A stretch of DNA of 7,777 bases, taken from NCBI GenBank assembly GCA_001179505.1, contig CDMY01000967.1, forward strand, positions 1-7,777. The letters are read 5' to 3'. The first letter of the stretch is position 1. The number at the start of each line of letters is the position of its first letter. The translations under genes were made by a program, and so were the position numbers. Under the pieces are notes generated by a model. The model was not told the DNA's origin. It made no database searches and saw nothing but the letters and a program-made list of their open reading frames with translations. Shown here piece by piece: positions 1 through 6,681 of the stretch. The stretch comes from Vitrella brassicaformis CCMP3155. Lineage: Eukaryota > Protista > Chromerida.

Positions 1-160
1 GGCGTGGTGTTGGGGCGATGGACGGGGCTGGGGTGTGCTCATCGGATGAGTGAGCGTGCCCTTTGTGTATAGGCATATGTGGATAGATTCATGGAGGCGA
101 TTTGGACAAGCGAGTGCATGGATGCCATCTGTCAATTATCTCTCCCCCCCAACAAAAAAA

Positions 161-190
161 CAGTCGCTTAATGCATCACATCATAGCGCA
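161..190 (-). promoter_or_regulatory. Dispersed TGCGCTATG-anchored motif, inverted copy 1 of 5
   Basis: The minus strand reads tgcgctatgatgtgatgcattaagcgactg, which aligns to tgcgctatgattgatggtcaaacgacgtg at 1430-1458. Confidence 0.35.
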
Positions 191-557
191 GTAGCGCAGT
201 CTTTTGTTCGAATGTTCTGGTCAAAAGTGACAACCACTTGAATTTCGATTGCCAAGCAACCGCGTGGCGTTGTTACTGATACTTAGTGATGCTTCTATTC
301 TATCCTGAAATGATTAGGCGCTTGCAACTGTTTGAGATGGAAACCAAGCATTATTTGTCTTACTGTCAATCTGCAAGGTGATAATTTTTTGTTTGATGGA
401 CGAGCACCAGGCGTATGCCGTCGGGAAGGGTCACTGGATGTGTCGGCGAGTGCATGACACGTGGACTGGTACACACATAAGCCCCAGCATAAGCCTGACC
501 GTCAGATGACCTCTTTGGCGAAGGAGATTATCCCCACTAGTACTAACCACTGAACGT

Positions 558-607
558 CCTGCCGTTGCGCTATGGGATTAATGCATCTTCTCGTCCACGA
601 CTCTGCG
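558..607 (+). promoter_or_regulatory. Dispersed TGCGCTATG-anchored motif, copy 2 of 5 (function inferred, not shown)
   Basis: cctgccgttgcgctatg (558-574) is a 17/17 match to 4230-4246, followed by ttaatg and gtc(c/a)acgac in both. Confidence 0.4.
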
Positions 608-851
608 CGCGAGATCCCTCGCGGGGTGACCGTCCACGAGACATCTCGCCTCTAATACCTCCTGATGACGCTGCTAGCTGCCTAGACAGGGTTGCAGGGT
701 CGAAGCCCTCGGGAAGCCGAATCGCGCCAACGGAGATGGACGAGCGCAAACTTCGATGTTGTCCTTTGCCCAATGAAATTGCAAGTTCAACTCTGTACAA
801 CGCGCAGACATCCGTGAGACCGTCTGCTTCTAATTGATGCACTCGTCCCAT
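570..851 (-). CDS. Possible exon of a hypothetical protein (strand ambiguous)
   Basis: 93-codon open frame preceded on the minus strand by cccctag and a TG/T-rich intron-like tract (~890-1130). A + strand frame over the same region also looks coding but contains stops. Confidence 0.25.
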   Translation of the reverse strand: MGRVHQLEADGLTDVCALYRVELAISLGKGQHRSLRSSISVGAIRLPEGFDPATLSRQLAASSGGIRGEMSRGRSPREGSRAQSRGREDALIP

Positions 852-890
852 CTAGGGGTTCTCCGACATCCACCCCAGCCCGAGCCAATG

Positions 891-1125
891 AAAAAAAAAA
901 ACGCAAGGGCAAATAATTAACCCGCCACTCACACAGACAGCCACGCAGAAAACACGTTATCCATCCATCCATCCATCGATTCATCAGCGACAACGCATAA
1001 AAACCCACATACAACCTTACATCAGACACAGCACATACAGACACGAAGGGATATCAATCAATCAATCCATCGAGCACAACACATCTACACAAACACAAAC
1101 ACACGTACAGAGAGACATACAGACA
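891..1125. repeat. Simple-repeat-rich tract: A11, (CCAT)4, (ATCA)3, AC-rich; intron-like on the minus strand
   Basis: A-run at 891-901, ccatccatccatccatc from 961, atcaatcaatcaatc from ~1053, and acacaaacacaaacacac. Confidence 0.75.
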
Positions 1126-1428
1126 AAGTAGGTAGCTCAGCGCTGCGTTGTGAGCTGAGGACGGGCTTGGAACACCGCCGAATGGAAAAACCATTGAACA
1201 AATGAATGTCTAGGAGACACACTTGGATGCGGCGGGAAAAATTTTTTCAAGTCTCCGATCCATGCATGCAGCATAGGAATGCATGTCTCACAAAATCACA
1301 CTGGGCCGAAGTGTTGGAGCCTGAAATGAGGCCATGGAACCAATCAACGCTGCTTTGAAATGAGTGATTCTTCACTAAAAAATTTAAGGGAGGGAGGACT
1401 GTCGCACCCGTCTCTCCCTCTTGAGTGC

Positions 1429-1460
1429 TTGCGCTATGATTGATGGTCAAACGACGTGCA
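1429..1460 (+). promoter_or_regulatory. Dispersed TGCGCTATG-anchored motif, copy 3 of 5
   Basis: ttgcgctatgattgatggtcaaacgacgtgc aligns to ttgcgctatgagttaatgtatgtcaacgacgtgc at 4237-4270. Confidence 0.4.
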
Positions 1461-1472
1461 GTCTCCGTTTTC

Positions 1473-1637
1473 ATGAATCTGAAAGGCAAATTGGACAACC
1501 TGAGTACTGTGGTAAAGGCTCGCGCCGCAAACTGACTGGACGAGGAATTCCTGGTCCGCGGACAAGGAATATGGGAATTCCTACTTACTTCACAGGGCCG
1601 TTCCCGCCCCATTTACTTCATCTGGCCATCCCATTGA
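1473..1637 (+). pseudogene. Short coding remnant MNLKGKLDNLSTVVKARAAN*LDEEFLVRGQGIWEFLLTSQGRSRPIYFIWPSH* (not in the ORF track)
   Basis: ATG in tcATG context at 1473, protein-like composition and one internal TGA at 1533-1535. It lies just downstream of a TGCGCTATG motif copy. Confidence 0.3.
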
Positions 1638-2118
1638 GTTTGAACCCCCTTCATCCGTCTTCGCCAATTTTCCTTCCCTGGGCTGGGGCGATTCACGCAT
1701 CCAGCCTCTCCCCGGCAAGATATCTTAGTCGAGACGTCATCCCCGCAGCGCAGCGGGCTCGTTTGATCAACAGCTCAGTCACACCAGCCCCTTGTGTCTC
1801 GTGTCTCCTCTGCTGATTGGCGCCTCTGCGCGTGGCCGACAAAGACAGGAAGAACGGATAAAGGGACACTGACTAGTTTTGAGACGTGTGCATTTGTACG
1901 TTCGACGTCTGTGTGTGCGTGCGTAGCAGTGTGCCATTGTGACTCGTTGCCTCCTTTGACTTGTCGTGACATTAGGTCGACTTGACTCGTATACTTGTCG
2001 TCATTTATCATTAATTGTGTCTTATCGTACAGTAGCAGGTGCTTTTCATCTCGTCATCTACCCCACGGACAGCTTAAGTGTACATTTGATAGTGTTTTGG
2101 GTTTAGAGTTCCTTTCTT

Positions 2119-2183
2119 CAATTCCGTTTTGTGTGTGTGCGTCTCTCTCTGTCTCTCTCTCTCTGTTTGTTTGTTTGTTTGTT
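2119..2183 (+). repeat. Compound microsatellite (GT)n/(CT)n/(GTTT)n, probably the 3' part of an intron upstream of the AP2 exon
   Basis: Sequence tgtgtgtgtgcgtctctctctgtctctctctctctgtttgtttgtttgtttgtt, followed by a branch-point-like ctaat and candidate AG acceptors. Confidence 0.8.
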
Positions 2184-2205
2184 CTCGGCCCTAATGCTTT
2201 TGCTG

Positions 2206-2251
2206 GGGGTCGAAGGCAGCGGGCATCATCTACGTCAAGAGCAACAACAGG
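2206..2251 (+). repeat. Diverged, frameshifted duplicate of the AP2 N-terminal strand (GVEG..IIYVKSNNR)
   Basis: 2221-2251 matches 2280-2310 at 30/31 nt. ggggtcgaaggc (2206-2217) encodes GVEG like ggcgtcgagggc (2272-2283), with synonymous differences. Confidence 0.9.
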
Positions 2252-2541
2252 GCGCTACATCCAAGCAGAGCGGCGTCGAGGGCGTCATCTACGTCAAGAG
2301 CAACAACAGGTGGCGGGCCAGATGGCAGGAGGGCGGCGAGGAGAAGACCAAGTCCTTCTCCTGCAAGAAGTACGGCGACGAGGAGGCCTTGCAGATGGCC
2401 ATCGATCACCGGCGGGCCATGGAGAGGCTGCACTATCGATTTGACAGGCGGGGCGTTGAGATGCCCGTAGATGATAGTGAGGAGGAGCGCCCTAAGAAGA
2501 AGAAGAAGAAGAAGAAGAGGAAGAGTGAGGGTTGTTCATAG
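2251..2541 (+). CDS. Probable terminal coding exon of an ApiAP2-family transcription factor: AP2 domain at ~2269-2424, then an acidic patch and a poly-Lys NLS-like tail
   Basis: The translation SGVEGVIYVKSNNRWRARWQEGGEEKTKSFSCKKYGDEEALQMAIDHRRAME matches the apicomplexan AP2 pattern (SGV.GV.y....rW.A.W...G....k.F...kyG...A...Ai..R). Codons are GC3-rich and the stop is TAG at 2539-2541. The listed ORF opens at 2131, but its first ~30 codons are translated CT/GTTT microsatellite (intron-like). The 5' boundary is a candidate acceptor (caacag|GGC at 2250/2251); upstream exons were not resolved. Confidence 0.85.
   Translation, partial: GATSKQSGVEGVIYVKSNNRWRARWQEGGEEKTKSFSCKKYGDEEALQMAIDHRRAMERLHYRFDRRGVEMPVDDSEEERPKKKKKKKKRKSEGCS
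2494..2517 (+). repeat. (AAG)8 trinucleotide repeat encoding poly-lysine
   Basis: Eight perfect aag units give PKKKKKKKKRK at the C-terminus of the AP2 exon. Confidence 0.95.
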
Positions 2542-3249
2542 CCCATCATGTTGATAGATTGGGTTGATAGATTGTACAGACGCTCGCTGTTGATATACTG
2601 GTCTGTGCATTCACATGATTGACCACTGGTACGGTTAAAGCGTTCAATCATGCCGTTGCCTTGTGGGTGTGCTGGTGATGTCGTTGGGAGCAGGATGTTG
2701 TGAGTATGGTGGCCATGCTCTTAAAGGCCTCTGTCACCTCGCCAACCAGCTGAAGCACGTGCTCTTTGCCATGCCAGGCTTCGACCAGCGCCGCATTACT
2801 TCAATCCATTTCTGTCAGCATTGACAGCTCCTCTACCGACACACCGGTACTCGGCCCGAAACCGTAACGGCCACTGGTGTGCACACTGCAAGCCATACAG
2901 TAACAGACAGAAAGGACACTCGGGCATAATATGAGTGAACGACTTGTTTGTGTCCTCACGGAAAATCCAAGTGGACATTGTAATGAGCCGGTGTACGGTT
3001 GTCCTCCACCGTGGTCGACTGATGGATGACTGTTTGTTTTGTGGCAAGAAGGCCCTTCTCCTGCGGCAGCTGCATCTTGACAGCCCATACTAGCGCACGG
3101 TTGTGTAGGCTTCATCTCCACCTTGTGAACATATGCTGGTCTGCCTTCCGCCCTGTTCTGATGATACACTTCCACTGCGTGGGACACGGGGAAATGAATG
3201 TTCAGTCAGTTAGTTGGTCCGCAGCGGCAGCCCCTACTTCATCGGCACC

Positions 3250-3939
3250 CTTTTTCGCCCGTCAGCCCTCTCCCTCCAAGCACCCGCCGTCCCCTGCCCG
3301 CTATCAATCTCTTCACTATCTACACGTGGCTGGCCTTTCTCTACTCGGATGGCGTCAAGCTATCTGCATCTTGAAGGGACCTCTACAACACCCTCTTCGT
3401 GTAGGCCATGTACTTGCGCCGCATCTCATCATCATCCAGCCTTCTCCTCTCGCACCTCCTTCTCCACCCCCTCCTCCTCTCGCACCCTCGTGGCCGCCGT
3501 GGCCGCCGTGGCCGCGGAAAGCAGAGACTGGAAGGGGTTTGCAGCCACACCCTGACAAACCAGTCGTTCACACTTGCGTCAAACACATCCATGTCACTCT
3601 GCTGTTTGCCTGTTGATCGATGGGAGGATCGGTACCAGCTCCCTCCTTGCAGACCTCCCCGCGACGCCTTCGCACGCGCCGTCTCGATCGACTATCGTCC
3701 TCATCACTGTCACTGTCTGTGTAGCCGTAGTGACTGTCGCCACCTGTCAGCGCCCGCTTCTTCGACGGCTCGCCATCTGGGTTGGGAGGATGGAGTTGCG
3801 TGTGGATCTTTGGTTGCCTGTGCTGTGGGGGACGGGTGGGGTGTAGCAGGGGGCGGGACGGCGGATTGACGCCATTGCTACTCAACTGTCGCGTCCCATG
3901 TGGGCCGCGAGGCCTCAGAGAGAGTTGAGGGATATTCAT
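3250..3939 (-). pseudogene. Decayed gene for a low-complexity, probably nuclear protein (Pro-rich, acidic, Arg-rich NLS-like segments)
   Basis: Exon 3939-3610 reads MNIPQ...GEPSKKRALTGGDSHYGYTDSDSDEDDSRSRRRVRRRR...IDQQ. A candidate 58-nt phase-0 GC-AG intron (3609-3552; cag|gcaaac...tttgtcag|) joins it in frame to GVAANPFQSLLSAATAATAATRVREEEGVEKEVREEK. A +1 frameshift then leads to LDDDEMRRKYMAYTKRVL*RSLQDADSLTPSE*RKASHV*IVKRLI with three in-frame TAG. Confidence 0.45.
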
Positions 3940-4003
3940 GTGTGCGATATGAATTTCACCTCTGGGTTTTACAGTTTAATTAATAACCCGTTTCGTCTAG
4001 ATC

Positions 4004-4051
4004 TGCGTTTCTACTCACCCCCCGGTCGTCGCTTTGAATTCTTAGAGAATG
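4004..4051. repeat. Conserved ~48-nt element, copy A (partner at 6543-6590)
   Basis: tgcgtttctactcaccccccggtcgtcgctttgaattcttagagaatg vs tgcgtttctattccaccccccggtcgtcgcttgtaattcgtagaaatg. The core accccccggtcgtcgctt is identical over 18 nt. Confidence 0.85.
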
Positions 4052-4229
4052 ATTCTTTAGTGAATTCTAAGGCACCGATTTTTCCGAGTCGTTTTCGTTT
4101 TCTCCTACTATTTTACCCCTTTCTAATCCCCCCTTGGTTGTTGATTCGGCGACACAATGAGGTGGTGGACGCGACGTGCGACCTTTCGATGTTGACGCAG
4201 TTCGTTTCATGAGAGACCGACAGACTCTG

Positions 4230-4278
4230 CCTGCCGTTGCGCTATGAGTTAATGTATGTCAACGACGTGCGACCTTTC
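4230..4278 (+). promoter_or_regulatory. Dispersed TGCGCTATG-anchored motif, copy 4 of 5 (copy 5 at 5590-5638 comes from the tandem duplication)
   Basis: See the other copies. Its 3' part cgacgtgcgacctttc is also repeated 91 nt upstream at 4172-4187. Confidence 0.4.
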
Positions 4279-4322
4279 CGCCAAGGCGAGTCGCCGGTTG
4301 GGAAGGATGTGGTCGGTAATCA

Positions 4323-4600
4323 TGGAGCCCGAGGAGGGGTAGAGGGGGTTGCGGACGGACATGGTGGTGAGGGGGGTGTGGGAACGGCAGAAGGACCGTG
4401 TTCTTCAAGGACGTGTCGTTCGACCTCTGCGTGGGAAACGCTGACGGGTCGTCCTACCGCATCCAATTGACCGCCTTTATCCTCAGAGCAAGGCCAAGGC
4501 CAAGAAGGCCCACCACTTCACCGCTCTGTGCGTCACGGTAGATGATGTGTGGGGCAGAGAGGCGAATGGTTTTTCAGCGACACTCCATTCGTAGTGGTTG
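4323..4600 (+). pseudogene. Decayed coding remnant, unknown family (MEPEEG*RGLRTDMVVRGVWERQK / TVFFKDVSFDLCVGNADGSSYRIQLT / LYPQSKAKAKKAHHFTALCVTVDDVW); partly duplicated at 5683-5841
   Basis: GC3-rich, protein-like segments lie in successive frames separated by apparent frameshifts and a TAG. The reconstruction was done by eye. Confidence 0.3.
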
Positions 4601-4739
4601 AGACAGCTGCGCACCAAGGCTGTGTGACCCGCCTATTCAAAGCAACACAACACAGATACATCGATTTTGTGGCACGCCGCTCTATCTATGCTCCCAGAGG
4701 GCCTGGGAGCACAGATGGAGGGTGGTGTGCGTGTGTATT

Positions 4740-4855
4740 GCAGATCTGTGCTGTTGAAGGCGGATAGAGGCGGAAACAAGTCCTGAGGGCATTTAAAGGC
4801 TAACAGAAGTGTTCGGAAGTCTCTAGAGCCTCTTCTGCCCTTCTCCAGCAGCTGT
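4740..4855 (-). pseudogene. Putative downstream exon (QLLEKGRRGSRDFRTLLLAFKCPQDLFPPLSAFNSTDLQ) of the same unknown gene
   Basis: It directly follows a strong acceptor at 4856 and has an open, protein-like frame. The 3' boundary is uncertain. Confidence 0.3.
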
Positions 4856-5212
4856 CTGCAGGGAAATACGAGAGACAGGGGAGGGATAGAGAGAGACAAG
4901 GGCAGTGCGACCAATAGAGACACGTGTGTGCGTGTGTGTGTGTATGTGTGTGCGTGCGTGTGTGTGTGTGCGCGTGCGCGTGCGTGTGTGTGATGTGTGG
5001 GTGGGTGGGCCGGTGGGTATGTGTGTGTATGTATGTGTATGTATATCAGGGAGACGGTTGGTTGTTGTTGGTTGTTTAGATGGATGGATGGATAGAGAGA
5101 CACACATCGTGCATTCAATCAATCGACGTGTCCGTTGCACAACACGAAAAGTCTGATTGGTTGAAAATAAAATGACACAGAAGTCGGATACTTGGGAATA
5201 AGTCCGATTCAC
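4856..5212 (-). other. Probable spliceosomal intron containing (CA)n/(CCAT)n microsatellites
   Basis: On the minus strand a polypyrimidine tract ctctctctatccctcccctgtctctcgtatttccctgcag ends at 4856. There is a candidate donor gtgaat at 5212 and a long (GT/CA)n-type tract at ~4922-5045. Confidence 0.5.
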
Positions 5213-5371
5213 GTGAGACTTCTGTGTCATTGGCGTATCTCGGCTCCGTCGAACATTCGTGTGCTTCCGCATAGGGAAGCCACTTGTCGACGAGTGCGAA
5301 GGGGATGGGTCCGCCATAGAAAGCCGTGTAGGCCCTCGAAGTCGGTGATATTCGCGAAGAGGCCATCTCTT
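5213..5371 (-). pseudogene. Putative exon of an unknown protein with an apparent frameshift near 5330 (RDGLFANITDFEG / YTAFYGGPIPFALVDKWLPYAEAHECSTEPRYANDTE); duplicated at 6222-6380
   Basis: It is preceded by a pyrimidine tract and cattacag acceptor. The GC3-rich, protein-like reading switches frame mid-exon between the two listed overlapping ORFs. No family recognised. Confidence 0.35.
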
Positions 5372-5450
5372 CTGTAATGATGTCGGTGGCGTGTTGCCGC
5401 GGTAAGCATATCATTACAAGAGAAACGAAGAAGGAAAGCATATCGATGCT

Positions 5451-6453
5451 GTTTTCGTTTTCTCCTACTATTTTACCCCTTTCTAATCCCCCCTTGGTTG
5501 TTGATTCGGCGACACAATGAGGTGGTGGACGCGACGTGCGACCTTTCGATGTTGACGCAGTTCGTTTCATGAGAGACCGACAGACTCTGCCTGCCGTTGC
5601 GCTATGAGTTAATGTATGTCAACGACGTGCGACCTTTCCGCCAAGGCGAGTCGCCGGTTGGGAAGGATGTGGTCGGTAATCATGGAGCCCGAGGAGGGGT
5701 AGAGGGGGTTGCGGACGGACATGGTGGTGAGGGGGGTGTGGGAACGGCAGAAGGACCGTGTTCTTCAAGGACGTGTCGTTCGACCTCTGCGTGGGAAACG
5801 CTGACGGGTCGTCCTACCGCATCCAATTGACCGCCTTTATCNNNNNNNNNNNNNNNNNNNNNNNNNNNNNNNNNNNNNNNNNNNNNNNNNNNNNNNNNNN
5901 NNNNNNNNNNNNNNNNNNNNNNNNNNNNNNNNNNNNNNNNNNNNNNNNNNNNNNNNNNNNNNNNNNNNNNNNNNNNNNNNNNNNNNNNNNNNNNNNNNNN
6001 NNNNNNNNNNNNNNNNNNNNNNNNNNNNNNNNNNNNNNNNNNNNNNNNNNNNNNNNNNNNNNNNNNNNNNNNNNNNNNNNNNNNNNNNNNNNNNNNNNNN
6101 NNNNNNNNNNNNNNNNNNNNNNNNNNNNNNNNNNNNNNNNNCGTTGCACAACACGAAAAGTCTGATTGGTTGAAAATAAAATGACACAGAAGTCGGATAC
6201 TTGGGAATAAGTCCGATTCACGTGAGACTTCTGTGTCATTGGCGTATCTCGGCTCCGTCGAACATTCGTGTGCTTCCGCATAGGGAAGCCACTTGTCGAC
6301 GAGTGCGAAGGGGATGGGTCCGCCATAGAAAGCCGTGTAGGCCCTCGAAGTCGGTGATATTCGCGAAGAGGCCATCTCTTCTGTAATGATGTCGGTGGCG
6401 TGTTGCCGCGGTAAGCATATCATTACAAGAGAAACGAAGAAGGAAAGCATATC
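5451..6453. repeat. Tandem duplication unit, copy 2 (interior lost in the N gap)
   Basis: Both sequenced ends match copy 1 exactly. The 300 Ns stand where 651 nt (4482-5132) would be expected. Confidence 0.9.
5842..6141. other. Assembly/scaffold gap (300 N)
   Basis: Run of N; ORFs crossing it are artefacts. Confidence 1.
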
Positions 6454-6542
6454 ACCGAGCTGTTTATACGACGCTATTTACATGTCTCCGTACATGAGAC
6501 ATGACGCCTCTGAGTAGGACTTTGTCTGTCCCTCTGACATGA

Positions 6543-6590
6543 TGCGTTTCTATTCCACCCCCCGGTCGTCGCTTGTAATTCGTAGAAATG
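6543..6590. repeat. Conserved ~48-nt element, copy B (partner at 4004-4051)
   Basis: As for copy A. It lies outside the 1360-bp duplication, so it reflects an older, separate event. Confidence 0.85.
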
Positions 6591-6629
6591 TCCTATTTTT
6601 CACACTAATTGACACTTCTCATATTTACC

Positions 6630-6656
6630 GGGGTAGGGGGTTGGGGTTGGGCGGGG
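6630..6656 (+). other. Predicted G-quadruplex-forming tract
   Basis: GGGG-ta-GGGGG-tt-GGGG-tt-GGG-c-GGGG: five G-runs with 1-2 nt loops. Confidence 0.65.
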
Positions 6657-6681
6657 TTCGACGTGTTGCATTCCTGTCAAG

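Larger units (their letters stand above)
4091..5450. repeat. Tandem duplication unit, copy 1 (1360 bp)
   Basis: 4091-4481 is identical to 5451-5841 (offset 1360). 5133-5444 is identical to 6142-6453 (offset 1009 across the gap). The duplicated ORF translations are identical. Confidence 0.95.

Noticed and set aside
2539-3385. Alternative genetic code with TAG = Gln
   Set aside because: The AP2 exon appears to terminate at TAG, and the TAG-containing regions also have frameshifts and TAA/TGA stops; pseudogenisation is simpler.
3026-3869. Long + strand ORFs 3026-3616, 3214-3555 and 3408-3869
   Set aside because: Pro/Ser/Leu-rich antisense shadows of the Glu/Asp/Arg-rich minus-strand remnant.
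3964-4003. Weak hairpin followed by CTAG as a Helitron 3' end
   Set aside because: The stem is weak and AT-rich, the base after CTAG is A rather than T, and no Rep/helicase motifs are identifiable.
4172-4278. Direct repeats as a possible CRISPR or mini-array
   Set aside because: Only two 16-nt units with a 75-nt spacer, no cas genes, and a eukaryotic context.
4633-5317. 160-aa ORFs rich in H/T/C/V (4633-5118, 4823-5317, 4905-5156)
   Set aside because: Mostly translation of (GT/CA)n microsatellite.
5680-6450. Long ORFs spanning 5680-6450, 5758-6165, 5814-6326 and 5837-6187
   Set aside because: They are open only because N codons contain no stops.
4091-6453. Duplication interpreted as an LTR pair or transposon
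   Set aside because: The copies abut head to tail with no internal domain, TG…CA termini, TIRs or exact target-site duplication.
6481-6503. 8-bp hairpin catgtctc / gagacatg
   Set aside because: No U-tract or other context, and a stem of this length is plausible by chance in 7.7 kb.
6641-6651. TTGGGG units as an interstitial telomere
   Set aside because: Fewer than two full repeats; retained only as part of the G4 motif.
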